From Phoronis australis (lineage: Eukaryota; Animalia; Phoronida): a stretch of 64,000 nt of DNA. Made by a program: the position numbers and the translations under genes. Under the pieces are notes generated by a model. The model was given only the letters and a program-made list of their open reading frames with translations, did no database searches and was not told where the DNA came from. The stretch is taken from positions 1-64,000 of the forward strand of contig NMRA01000800.1 of NCBI GenBank assembly GCA_002633005.1. The letters run 5' to 3'. Positions 13,901 through 26,275 of this stretch are shown here, one piece after another (positions within the stretch are counted from its first letter, which is position 1; every line of letters starts with the position of its first letter).

Positions 13901-16083
13901 CAAACGGATTCATTAAACCCAGTAAATATTTTTGCAACTGCTGACTCTGCATATCAGACGTGCATATTGCATCATACCTCATCAGAGTAAAACTTGTTAT
14001 CAATCATAGTAGAAAAAATTATTTTTATCATTGCCACAAGACGTTAACAAACGCAGTGAGTGTCTGTAACTGTTGTGTCTAGATTGCTGATGAACTAAAG
14101 TCGGTCTACATGTATTTCCATTTTTATATCACTGATTCATGCCAAAGGTTTGAAATTGCGCCCCTTTAAGAGTTTTGACTTGCCCTGTGATCACTAGAAT
14201 CCGATGCAATAAACTTATAGAAGTTGTTTTTTAACCAGTGTAATATAGCTGAAAATTGTGTGCGTTTTCGTTTGCGAGAATGTTCTTTTTGAATCAATGG
14301 GTTAATCATTTTACGCTCTACATGAAAACACAGACTACTTTTTTTAGGATTACATGTACCAGGTTACCCCGAAAATATTATTTTCAAAGTTTTACCCCTT
14401 GGAGTATACGCGAAACGCCAAGTATTGTGTTCTTACGCGAAAGGGCTCGGAAGGCTGTAGCCTTGGTGCGAAGCTGTTTACTAAATTAAATATACAAATT
14501 TGCGCCATTGTGGGTAAAAACTGACCGAATAAAATCTTCCTAGAGTAAACTAAATTATTTACCAGCGTTGCAAAAAATGGTTTTCTACAATTATTCTGCT
14601 GCTAAAGTTATGTTGTGATCTTATGCGTCGACTTTCGCCCCAATGAAATATTGCGTCACCTTTTAGCCAGTTTCTTTTTCCCAGATTCTTCAATCAAACG
14701 TTCTCCCTCGAGGTTACGTAAACGTCACAACAAATGATCAGAATTGGTTTCACTTCATTATATGTTTTTGGAATTTTGATATCAGTGAACCGAATTTTAG
14801 AACAAATTTTGCTGAGATGTGTTCATCATCTAATGGGAGATGTTGAAAACATTTTGGAAGTGGCGCGTGTCACAATGAACTTTTTTCAAAACGACGATAT
14901 ACGTTTTTTCGTTAAAAAGGCAGAGAATTACGCAAGAAGATGACGTCGGATGTTTCTCACTTAAACGGCCGTAACGGGCAACTTGAATGCCAATTGACTT
15001 CCAGATTTTGCATGCACACCCGCCAGTCTTGAGCTCATGTTGATACAAGCTTTTCGACGAGGTGACAAACGTAACTATCCGGGCTGTGTGAAGTATCGAG
15101 GTCTGTTTGGTCTCAATAAGCAGTGGCACCTTGCTGTATTTTGAAAATAGTCTTCATGCAACTAGCTGGCTACATAGGAAGGCTCTAGTTTCGAAAAGAT
15201 GTTTTACTGCGAAAGTGACAACAATTTCTGAATGATGATGGATGATGGATGACACTATAAACCGATCAGTCTTCCGTTTTCATGCGCCCATGATTTAATA
15301 TCGGCGCTATGTTCAAACCATTGTTTATGTTGTTTCTAAAATAAAATTGGGTTCTATTGCTGTACCAACATATTAAGAAATTATACAGAAATAAGCAATA
15401 ATTATCTGTGGTAAATCGCAATATACAGCGTGATGAAGTGATCATCAAGAGCAATAACGGATGAGCGCAAATGCGTGATGCTTGTTGAGCATTCCGCTGC
15501 ATGAAAACACTTGAGGTCGTGTATTGAGTGTTGTATTCTGATTGTTATGCAATTTTACTGTAAATTTCAAATTTCGTGCTTGTTTTTGTGCAAAATGTAC
15601 TGTATAAAAAGTCTCATATCTAAATTTAGAAATTATGCTTCCGCGATATCACTTAACGTTTGATTTTACCACGCCGTCATTAATTCAACATAAAGTTTTA
15701 GGCTGGTGTAATGTCACGCACTTCGTATTTGTAGGTTGATTCGATTTTATTTCCTTTCAATAGTTGAACAAAACTTTATAAACCGATGTCAAGACCTGAG
15801 TTGCCAGTGGTGAACGAACAGCGAACAGTAAAATGTTTGTTTGGCCAAAGTTCACCCGTTAAGTCATAAAATGGTAATTGCCGACCAAGGACACGCTTAA
15901 TCCGAATTGGTCGTCTATGCTAGGCGACCACTTAGCCGACTCAAGTGCCGACCACAGAGGCGACTCAGTAGACGGCTCCTAGCCGACCGTTGTTGGTCGG
16001 CTGCTGGTCGGCTAGACGACCGGTCGACGGCCGGTCGTCGACCAATTTCCGACCGGTCGGCCAAAAATTCGTGATGTGTGCTG
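10912..16083. mobile_element. 5.2-kb non-autonomous TIR DNA transposon (CMC/EnSpm-like or Tc1/mariner-like ends)
   Basis: About 70-bp near-perfect TIR CAGCACACATCACGAATTTTTGGCCG..., with TA on both sides. Dense subterminal GCCGACC/GGTCGGC repeats at both ends. No transposase ORF recognised. Confidence 0.8.
14560..15200 (-). repeat. Dispersed repeat, inverted homolog of about 17690-18178
   Basis: AAATATTGCGTCACC here vs GGTGACGCAATATTT there; AAAAGGCAGAGAATTA here vs TAATTCTCCGCCTTTT there. Confidence 0.6.
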
Positions 16084-16894
16084 TAGCATAAGGTACGACA
16101 TGGCATTTTGAAACTGGCAACTATGAATGCTTCTTACCCTATTGGATTATTGAAATTATTCAATATCTAAACAAAAATTGTGTCATGTGGTTGAAAATTA
16201 TAGACACGTCGAGTTTTTGGGCAAAAAGATAGTTTTTACGGTTGATGGAAAAAGAAATATTACACTCGTCCCAGGTTGATGACACAGGCAAAACCTCTTG
16301 AAAATTTTGTCAAAATCCCCAGGCTTGCCAAATTTTACACTGGTGCAGACCTTATTGTCAGAGAGAACATGACAGACCAGGTACATTTGTAGCTGATACA
16401 AGTTTTGGCATGTGAAGAACTTTAAATTTTTGAGACAAGGGCTGCAAACAAACTCAAAAGTCATTATACAACAAGTTTAGCCTAACTGCAAATTAGCAAC
16501 AATATCAAATGATTAAAACACGCATGCTTGACAACGCATGAGGAATTTGAAGTATTAGCTTTCATGAATTTCTCTCCTCGGAAATTGCAAGAGATGCAAA
16601 GATATCAAAGATATTTATTCAGTCACAAATGTGTGATTGGGTGGGGCTTACCAATTGATCAAACACCGAAGCATGGATCTCAGCATTTCTTATTGCCTGT
16701 ACTACTGTGGCACCATCCTCATCAGAGTTTGAACTTCATGCTCTGCCCTCCTGTGGATACATTCTTTGCCTGTCTATCCGATCTTCTTGTCCATTTACGT
16801 GCACAAAAAGTCCCCCTCTCGTTGGATACCGGCTTGCAGTTTTCACAATGGGAAATCAGTTAATGAATATAAATACGTTAAAGTGATGTGCGTA

Positions 16895-17300
16895 ACATTT
16901 TCTTTTTTCCGCTAGGCCAAGCTTGTTCTGAACCCAGTCTAAGCAAGAGATGATTGTGGTGCCGATAATGGGGATTTGGAGACATTGTTTTGCTGCATTA
17001 CGCTCTCTAAATAATAAGTAATGATTAACATGATTGTGACAGTCAAGACCAATGTAAATTGGGAAAATGTATCTAAAATAGGCATAATCAATAGAATAAG
17101 GGTTGATCTAAAGCCCCTCAAACCCCTCGAAGCCCACACCCCAAACCCCTTCGATCCACGACGCCCTCGACCCCCTGCGAACAACCCCCTCGACCCAGTC
17201 TACGCAAGCTCGACTGGATCTGAGCATAGAACAAGCGATGATTTGCAGGACCAACGAGTCTTGCTGTGAGCTCGGCGTGCATTTTCCTGTTTTTGTTTTG
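16895..17300 (+). repeat. Dispersed repeat, copy 2 of 3
   Basis: Aligns by eye with 28590-28910 (CCCTCGACCCAGTCTACGCAA; ACGAGTCTxGCTGTG) and with 10010-10185. Confidence 0.65.
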
Positions 17301-18180
17301 CAATTGAGAGAATTGATTCGGCAAGTTCGAAAACCAAAAAGTACAGAAAAAAACTGCACCATGTCAATTCAAAGACCTACCAACATTACAGGTAGTATCG
17401 TTCCGGGCAGAGTGTAATCGTCTCGTCTGCTCTTTAGTGAATTCCATATTCGAGCTAGTTTTGGATATGTGCAAAAAGATCACGAATATTTTTTCCAGTG
17501 AATACAGTTTGAAAAATATAAAGTGAGCTAAAAAGTATTCCAGTTATTTTTAGTATTTTGTAATGCAGTATACCTCACAAAAATATAATGAAAATGTGAA
17601 ATTATGTGTATACACGTTAATATACTCTCTCCTTAAGTTCAGTGCAGCATGGCTGATGGTAGTCGCTCTTGGAACTATTTCCCAGGCAGCCTGGAAGCAT
17701 TAGGAAGGCTATCGTCAAAATACAGCTAGATTGTGTGCTGAGTCCCCTTAGACCCCGAAAATTCACACAGCCCGGGTAGTTCTCCTCGTGACCTCGTCCT
17801 TAAACTTACATGTAAATCAGCACGTAAGTCGAACGACCGGCGGTGGTGCTTGCAAAATCAACTAGTCAACCGAGACTCAGCTTGGGTGAAGCCGTCTTCA
17901 AGTGAAAAACAATCTGATCAGCGTCATTTGCTTGCATAATTCTCCGCCTTTTGCACAAACAAAAATAACCGTTTTAAAACAGTGCGCACGTGATAGGTGC
18001 ACGTACCATTTCTCAAGCGGCAGCTTCGCAGCAAAATTTGTTCTGAAATCTGGTTTGTACCCAAATCGTGGACGAGAACAAAAATTGATTGAAGAATCAA
18101 AGAAAAGAAACTGAGGTGACGCAATATTTCTTAGCTCCGAAAATCGACGCAAAAGATCGCAGCACAATTTTAGAAACCGA

Positions 18181-19443
18181 ACTAGAAAGATTATTGTCAC
18201 GGCGTGACAATAACGGACTCTGCGCGTGCGTATTACTGGAATTATTATGGAAAGTTACTGACAGCAACAAATTTACCAACATGGAAAGGAATTCTTTAAA
18301 ATTGTAGAAGAAATTACACATTAATTTTTTGATGACCCTTCCACTAATTGACCTCTTCCGTTGCATTATGAGCCCCGATGAGGGAGTAATTGTTAACTCG
18401 ATTAAAAGTGTGGTTAATGCTAAAAATCACAAATGTTTTACTTTAAGCACTTCAGAATACAAGATGAATGAATTGGTCAAACTTTCAGATGAAAAATGCA
18501 CCCAATAACCCAAAGGGTACACCAAATGACCCGAAAATTTAGAATTCAAACTCAATCGCACTTAGTAAACAGATTTGTAATTTTGAAGTCTCTGACTCAA
18601 AATTTTAGTTTGCACTCAATGACCTTTGACCTATTTTTTCTGATTGGTTAGGCCTATTGCGAAGTAAAGTTGGGTATTTAATTGGCATGTTGACTTACAC
18701 CACTGTGTTGAAATTGAAAAGAATTCCTTGAAAAATGTAAGAGATATACATGTAACATTTTGAACGTTACATGACCTTTGCACTAATTGACCTTATCCGG
18801 TGCATTTTAAGTATCTTTAGGAGAATTATTGCAAAGCCCATGGAAAATGTGTTTAACGCTGAGAAGCACAGTTGTCTAACGGTTGACACATCAGAATACT
18901 TGCTGATTGAAAAGGTCAAATGCACCTAATGACCCCATGCTTGCACTAAATGACTTGAAACTTTGGATTCCGATTTGATTTACCTGTGGCAATCAGACCT
19001 GTCAATTTGAAGTGTCTAGCTCAAAATTTTAGTTTGCACCTAATGACCTTTGACCTATTCCACCTGATTGGATGACCCGATTACTTAGAAAAGTAAATTT
19101 TTAAATTGTCATGTTGACTTATACCTGTGCACCGAATTTGAAAAAGATAGCTTTAAAACTGAAGGAGGAGTAGCATTTTGAAAATTAAATGACCTTTGCA
19201 CCAAACGACCTCTTCCGTGCAATATGGAATATGATTATATAACCAATCAAAATTTACATTTATATACTGTCAAAAGTCATATGGTGAATTTAAAGACCGT
19301 ATCTGCACCCAATTTGGAGTTATTAAGCCTCAAAGTTGGTCGGAAAAAGAATAAGAATAAGAATAAGAATAAGAAGAATAAAAATAAAATTGAAGAAAAC
19401 CCAGGAACAACAGTACTCTGCGCTTACACGCGCAGAGTAATAA
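18181..19443 (-). mobile_element. Helentron-associated non-autonomous element (HINE / pearl / DINE-1-like)
   Basis: Subterminal IRs ACTCTGCGCGTG (18217) and CACGCGCAGAGT (19427). Hairpins at 18191-18213 and 19414-19439, an (AAGAAT)n microsatellite, about 420-bp periodic core repeats, and a CTAGT end on the minus strand. Confidence 0.8.
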
Positions 19444-22400
19444 CACTAGAGCGCTTATGTTTCCGATAACAGCTTATTATTTAATTTACTCAAAGGAGAG
19501 TGCATTTTGATTACACTAATTTTGGGTCACATTTTATTTGGTCAGTTTTTACCCACGTCTGCGCAAAGCTGTATATTTAGAATACAGCTCTGCACCAAAG
19601 CTAACTGCTTCCATGACAACGACAGTGAACTCACAATTCGCTATTTCTTACGCCACTTTCTGTTTTTACCATCGGTCTTGAGCCAGATCAAATTCGTGTA
19701 GTCAAGTCTTATGGTATAGTCACTCGATAGTGATATACTAAAATTAGGATATGTGTCTATATCTGTCTCAGCAGGCCGTGGGTCAAAAGGGTTGTGCTTT
19801 ATGGGTCATGGGGTTTGTGGGTCGAAGGGGTTGTGGAATGTGGGGAACGAGCGGGTTTTGCTACATTCCGAATAATGCCCTACATGGCATTTTTGATCTG
19901 GCAACTACGAATACTGCTTACGCTTTTGGATTACAATAGACACATAATAACCCAGTGTCAGAGGTTTTATTGCCAGCTTCTTTGGGTTTGGGGAGAAGTG
20001 AGCGAAGATGGGTGGCAATGATAACCGCTTCTCATTAGTAGCAGTGATTTCTGCCATTTAAGATACTACTCAGTTTATTTGTCGTTTAACGTTGACCCTC
20101 TTCACTGTTTGCATGGTAAAATTCAGTTAACTACAAAAGAAGGGAGGGATATAGTATCCATTGCAACTACAGTCTCTTTGTTGATAGGCCTCTGAGTCAA
20201 CCTGTGTTGGATAGCCTGCTTGAGCAACACAATATTGAACAACATGACTTGCGTGCACCACCCGTTACCATGGTGGCTTTCATATCCCCGATAATGAAGC
20301 AATGAGTGAACTTCTAGAATTACCTTGATTTTTGCAGAAGATTAAAATCGAGTTTTGCGAAACACCTATAGACGATCAAATTAAACAAATGTGTAGTGAA
20401 TCAAATAAATGACGGGAAGTAATTAATGAAACAAATACACTGTGAGCCAAAATGATATATCAGTGGAAATAATAATTTGACACTCGATATTTTAATAAAA
20501 CTGTTTTGTAATAGTATTTAATAAATGATTGGTTTAATGGGAAGTCAACACAAATATCCTGTATAAAGGCATGATGGATTCTGAAAAAAACAAATAGCAT
20601 GGACCAATGCTACTGTACACACATACTTGTCAATGGTTTAAACATTCATTAAATGTCCAATACTCGGCATACTTCATAAAGTAAAGACCTCATGTATCAC
20701 TTCCTATTCCCATTATGTGTTTTCTCTCATTGCATGAAATAAACCTGCTTTTGATATTCTAAAATTGCTGCTTTCGGTACGCAAAAACGTGACATTTTCT
20801 TCGTAAACATTTGAAAGCCTATGAATAAGTGCAAAAACGGTGACTTGTGTATGAGAGCCACACTATAGGGACACATACACAAAGTTTTAAGCTGATTTTT
20901 CATTTCTTTTCATTTTCTCGGGGAATACCCCGTAATAGAGAGTTTCTGTGGATACATACATGTACATGTATAGTGACTCCCACAAGTGCATGTACATGTA
21001 GTATGCTGATGATATTGCAGATATTGCAAGTGCACCAAGACGGTTGTTACAACGAAAAAAATTGATTAAACAAAATTATGAGGTTCAGAAACTGGGATCA
21101 TCTACAGAGCGTTAAAAGTTGTCGCGTAATCTCCAAGTTGAGTTTAAGATGATCACGAAACAGCAACCTGGGGGACTTATGCTAAACATTTTCTAGGGGT
21201 CCAGCATAAAGTGGATAATATCGAAGAGATTCTCCCTGTACTAAAATTTTGTGCTTTAAAAAATGAGAGACAAGGGGAGAGGAGAGCAAGAGGTAGAGGG
21301 AGAAGAAGAAGGATAGGGAGACAAGTTTATTCACAACAGACCTTCTTTCAAGCAAGTCTCATTCAACGACAAAATACTTTGTACCCTCTTAAGCTGCACA
21401 AATATTTTCATAAATTGCCGCGCAACCTGTCTAGTCTCGCTGTCTAATTCGCACATGAGACTTAAAAGACTCAACTTAGATTAATAGGTATTAATATGTG
21501 TGACGCTACGTAAATATAGGTTATACAACGTTCGTGTTTGTACCAGTGGTTATTATATCGAGGTTCGTGATATGCAAACGTATTTGAACGAGGGCGAAGC
21601 ACCGTTGATGATTCTTTAAAGAAGCGGGTTTACACAGATTGCTCGACTTGTTTTTGTGTCGTTTGTCATCTTTTATCAAGGATGATCGCAGATCCCGTGA
21701 CACGTATACGTGCATGCAATATTTTAATGAATGGAGTTTTTTGCTGCCTGCATGAGGAGGCAGTTTAAGTTGTGTCTTACACCAGCCACAGGCTTGGGAT
21801 GCATGCATACATGTATCTGCTATTTTCGGTAATTTCGTCAGTTTGAGCTATATTATTTCTTAGTTAAAGTTTGCTTACTATTCGAACGATTTTTCTTGAC
21901 TTTGTTGAGTAATATCTGTGCAGGACACCCAGACGCTGTGGCTGATGCACGTTTAGATGCTTCTTCAAAATGATTCTTGCGCGCGGTTCTTATCATTTTT
22001 AGATAAAAAGTATTCCGAAGTTTATTGTAAAATTGACAAAAATACAGTGTTTACAGAAAATGCAGTTTTGCTTTTGGACTCGACGTATTTTGAATGTTTT
22101 GAGAACGAATTTAAAAGTTGACTCATATTTGACCGTAAAGAACCTCAACTGGTGTAGTGCAATCGGTGACCAAAAGGAGGCATGCATTTGTAATGTATAT
22201 TGCTTTCCTAATCCCAAATATATTGTGGCAAGTTCGAGATTTTTTGTGATTTAAGTGTTCTACCCTGGTACAAAATTTCACGGTCTATTAAGAAACATTG
22301 GCAACGATATTTTTATTTCATTTTTTGTTTAGTTTCCAGTACTCATGTCATCATATTGGCATCAAAAAATATTCCGCACGGAGCTCAACCCAAAGTGATT

Positions 22401-22612
22401 CAACACGCGATGAATACGGAAAATCCATACTCAACCAGCGTTGAATACAGAAAAGTAGTTCTTCCATATCAAATCTTACAATACAACCCGTACTTCATGG
22501 CCATACTATCACGCGCATAGGATAAGTATGTTTATACCACAATAGTAGCCTCGAATGGCAGGTACAACCGTGTAATAACCCATAAAGTTATCTCACTAGT
22601 GAGATAACGTTT

Positions 22613-22688
22613 TGGCGCCGAGGACGGAGTCGAACCCGCGCCTCAACAGTTTTGAGTCGCCGACTTTATCACTACACCACTGAGTGGC
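22613..22688 (-). pseudogene. tRNA-derived sequence (pseudo-tRNA or SINE head)
   Basis: A-box TGGTGTAGTGA, B-box GGTTCGACTCC and terminal CCA are present. The acceptor and T stems pair poorly and there is no oligo-T terminator. Confidence 0.55.
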
Positions 22689-23400
22689 TGACATCATCAA
22701 ACGTGAAAATAGAATACTTAAATGAGCACGCGCAACAATCGCATGTTCAGCAAAGGGCATTGCACCGACACTTATACGCTATGAAAAATAAGACGCATTA
22801 TTTCCTTAAAAACGATATTTTAATTCGGTGAAATTTTTCTCTCGTGTTCTCTCACTTGTAAATCACCGATCTCTAATTTGAATGAAGGTGTCGTGTGGTC
22901 GGGATCCTTTGACTTGAGCATTATAGTCAGTTACTAGTGGTAACCTACTTTAGCAGACGATATATTCCCGGTCGAAGCTTAGCATGATAAAATGTGTAGT
23001 AAGCTATAATAGTTGCTAAACCTTAATTTATAGATTCACTTTATTTCTGTTTTGTTTTATTTTTCAATTGATTTTGAGTAAGAGCATTATTTTACAAAAA
23101 TATCTCGGCTTTTCTTAAAAGGTCACGACCTCCGACCCCGGGCCTCTGACATTCTTGTAGGAAGGAGTTACAAAGCCGAGTTGAGTCGAGAAAGGTAGTT
23201 CGATTTATTGCAATGTTTCTCGTTCAGTATGTGGCGATAATTCTCCAAAATCCACTCGGGCTCTAGATAACGGGGGATAACGACTTCGCCATGCAATAAT
23301 CTATATATATGTATCGTATATACAGCGTATGTATATAACAACTTCGAAGAGGACCAACATACAGTAGAGTGAAATGCATACACAAAGTGTACCGAGAGTG

Positions 23401-23595
23401 TGTAATGGCTTGTGGAGAGAGGGGTAAAGAAGACTCTTTACTTGAACACCACTTTATTGCGGACTGACTACTGTTCAACAACATGCATATGAGTCACATT
23501 TCTTAGAACTGTTTGGCAAGACTTATATAATAAACTATTCTTATTGTGCCATATAAGGTAAGTGTAGTTCCAGTACAAATCACAATACTATTGCA
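23401..23595 (-). repeat. 3' LTR of the Gypsy element
   Basis: Direct repeat of 26047-26275 with a few indels, preceded on the minus strand by the PPT. Confidence 0.93.
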
Positions 23596-23824
23596 TCCCC
23601 TTTTCTTTGAAAAAACAAGAAAGTAGCACTAAGAAACCTAAATTAACAAGTGTTAACCACGATAAACAAATTACCATCCTAACAGATGTTTCACTCAACA
23701 AGACTATCAGTTGAGTGCTAAAATAATAAACAAATAGTATCTAACCATACCATAACAGACTAATCAAATCACAAAAGTTGGTATTCTTGCAAACTGATAC
23801 TCAGCAATACACACTTACTGGCTG

Positions 23825-25070
23825 TCAAGAATTTATAAAATCATTAAACCTGGAGGGTTTCTTGATTTCCCTTCCTGTCCTTGTAACTACAGGTTTTGAT
23901 TTAATATCTGGTGAATCATTATCAGTGTCACGTGTTGATTGAATAGGATTGTGTGTTTGTTTGACTTTGTGACGAAATGCACTGGGCAAAGTAGGCTGTA
24001 CAGAATGTGGAGATTCTGCAGCGGACATTAACTTTGTCGATTGCGGCGATACTCTCGCGCTTCATCACCTGATTTGACAATGTAAGATGTATCAGAATGT
24101 TGTTTAACCAATTCTGCTGGTTCCCAACCACTCTTAATTTTGCCATGAATTAGAATATCATCCATCACAATTTCTACTCCCGAAATGTGACCAAACATAC
24201 TTTGCATAGCCCTTTGATAAATTTCTGGGGAACTCTTCAAGCCCGTTAGCAACCTAAGATGCCTGTATCGCCCAAATGGGGTGTTAAATGCTGTATAGTA
24301 AGAACTTTGCTCACTCAGCCTGATTTGGTACAGTAATAACCCATGTTTGCATCAAGTACACTGAAAATTTTACTCCCATGTAACCTGGTTACATTATCAT
24401 CAATTGAACTCATCGGGTGGTGTTCACGCAAAATAGCCTTATTTAAGCTCGAGGGATCAATGCACAACCTGACTCTATTATTGTGTTTCCGAACACATAC
24501 TAACGGAGATACCCAAGGTGTTGGCTCTGTGACTTTCGCAATAATGCCACACCTTTCTAAGTGATCTTAAATTACAGTTTTACCTGTTCTCTGATAGCAG
24601 CGGGAACTGGTCTGGGAGGGTGAACTACTGGCGGTATAGACGAATCTACCTGAATATCGTATTCCCCTGGAATACACCCGATTGTTTCTTCAAATACGTC
24701 AGTGTATTTTCTTACAAAACTGTCATGACTTGCATTTTGTTTCTGAGAATCGACTTCAAATACTCTCTGGACCACATTTAATTTAACACTGTCATCACGA
24801 CCTAATAAATCTACTTGTTTCCTGTTGTCTAATACAAGAAACTCTAGCATATGTCTTTCATTCTTATAAACAGCTGGCAGTACAATTTTTCCATACGCTT
24901 TATGTGGTTTGCCATGAATACCATTGATCATAACGTTGCTCTGTTTTAACAGGTGTTCCCTACCTAACTTTCTGAGTGTAACTAGTGACAATACATTGCA
25001 ATCTGCAAACGTATCAATTGCTAAGGATACTTTTAACTTATCAACTTGTACTGCGACATTCTAATCATCA
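23825..25070 (-). pseudogene. Disrupted pol (protease, partial RT, integrase tail)
   Basis: IDTFADCNV protease-like motif, LLGRD, and RT GLKSSPEIYQR...MDDILIHG joined directly to the terminal ...TRTGREIKKPSRF. Contains stops and frameshifts. Confidence 0.85.
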
Positions 25071-25153
25071 GAATTGGTACATGCAAAATTTGAATTTATA
25101 CCAAATACATCTTTAATATTGCATTGTACCACCATATTTGACATTTCGTCCTC

Positions 25154-25993
25154 CTATGTTCTGTGTACATTTGTGTGTCCTTGGTGATTCCGACCACGAT
25201 TTCCCCTGTAACGCCCTCTAGATTTTCCTCTTCGCTGTTGTTGATGGTGGTTTTGCTGTCGTAGCGATCTCTGCGAGGATGTCTGTTGTGCTTTGCAAAT
25301 TTTCGAAATCGCAAAATGACCAAAACTGCCACAAGCGTGACATGTTTTGCCTCTGGCAGGACAGTTATCTTCGTAATGCGTTCTCGTGCATTTTTTACAA
25401 AACATCATGTGCCTTGTGTGACACACATTGTCCTCTGCTGTTTGGTTTTTTAGGTGCTGTTGTGACAGTTCACTTGCACGGCAAATTTTAATGACATTTT
25501 CCAACGTATAATCATTTACTTCTAAGTCTAGAAGTTTCAACTTGATGTGACTGTCGCGGACACCATTGACAGTTCTGTCACAAATAAATGTGTCTTCTAT
25601 GTCACCATAGTCACATCCCTTTGCGCGATGCTTCAGATCGGCAACAAAAGCCATAAGCGACTCACCGGCTTTGTGGTTGCGTTCCAAAAATGCTCGTCTG
25701 CGAATATTTCGGTACTTCTTGTGGCCATAGTGTTCATCAAAACATTTCAAAACCACGTCTAAATTATACCTGTCTTCCGGCGACAAATCAAATGTATTAA
25801 ACAATTTGACACCATCTGCCCCAAGGAGATGAAGTAAAATGTTTACTTTCTGTTTACCTGACGCATCCTCGAGTCCGCTTGCAATCAGGTAAATGTCAAA
25901 TCGCTGTCTCCACGGGCTCCAACTTTCTCCTGTTTTGTCAGTCTCTAGCTGTACAAACGGTTCTGGCGGGCTCACGTCTAGATTAGCAGCCAT
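25154..25993 (-). CDS. gag: Gypsy Gag protein, 279 aa, open frame
   Basis: W..WRQRFDIYLIA, LLHLLG.DG, FVADLKHRAKGCDYG and tandem Cys/His knuckles CKKCTRTH...C / CHACGSFGHFAISKIC. Confidence 0.9.
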   Translation of the reverse strand: MAANLDVSPPEPFVQLETDKTGESWSPWRQRFDIYLIASGLEDASGKQKVNILLHLLGADGVKLFNTFDLSPEDRYNLDVVLKCFDEHYGHKKYRNIRRRAFLERNHKAGESLMAFVADLKHRAKGCDYGDIEDTFICDRTVNGVRDSHIKLKLLDLEVNDYTLENVIKICRASELSQQHLKNQTAEDNVCHTRHMMFCKKCTRTHYEDNCPARGKTCHACGSFGHFAISKICKAQQTSSQRSLRQQNHHQQQRRGKSRGRYRGNRGRNHQGHTNVHRT

Positions 25994-26033
25994 TGTTTAG
26001 AACAGTAAGCGACATCTGAACAAAAAATCGCCA

Positions 26034-26046
26034 ACTCCTGACACCA
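26034..26046 (-). promoter_or_regulatory. Primer-binding site, probably tRNA-Leu
   Basis: TGGTGTCAGGAGT directly follows the 5' LTR and is complementary to the ...ACUCCUGACACCA end of animal tRNA-Leu(CAG). Confidence 0.75.
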
Positions 26047-26275
26047 TGTAATGCCTTGTGGAGAGAGGGGTAAAGAAGACGTCTTTACTTGAACACTACT
26101 TTATTGCAGACTGACTAACTACTGTACCACAACATGTTTTTGCAATACACAAGACCACATGCATATGAGTCACATTTCATAGAACTGTTTGGCAAGACTT
26201 ATATAATAAACCATTTTAACTAATTGTGCCATATAAGGTAAGTGTAGTTCCCGTACAAATCACAATACTATTACA
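26047..26275 (-). repeat. 5' LTR of the Gypsy element
   Basis: TG...CA ends, adjacent PBS, TSD GAGTG at 26276-26280. Confidence 0.93.

Larger units (their letters stand above)
23401..26275 (-). mobile_element. Ty3/Gypsy LTR retrotransposon (Mag-like), internally deleted
   Basis: LTRs at 23401-23595 and 26047-26275 (TG...CA), 5-bp TSD GAGTG, PBS TGGTGTCAGGAGT, polypurine tract CAAAGAAAAGGGGA, plus gag, protease and RT remnants. Confidence 0.95.

Noticed and set aside
10850-16095. Third ankyrin exon split by the TIR element (PVEHAAG...HN...HK|gtacg)
   Set aside because: The frame and donor are suggestive, but there are three stops and near-random nucleotide identity to the real exons.
16640-16860. 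Exon-like minus-strand segment ending in a GTAAG donor
   Set aside because: It has an in-frame stop and no recognisable domain.
22613-22688. Functional tRNA gene
   Set aside because: The acceptor and T stems do not pair properly and there is no Pol III terminator.
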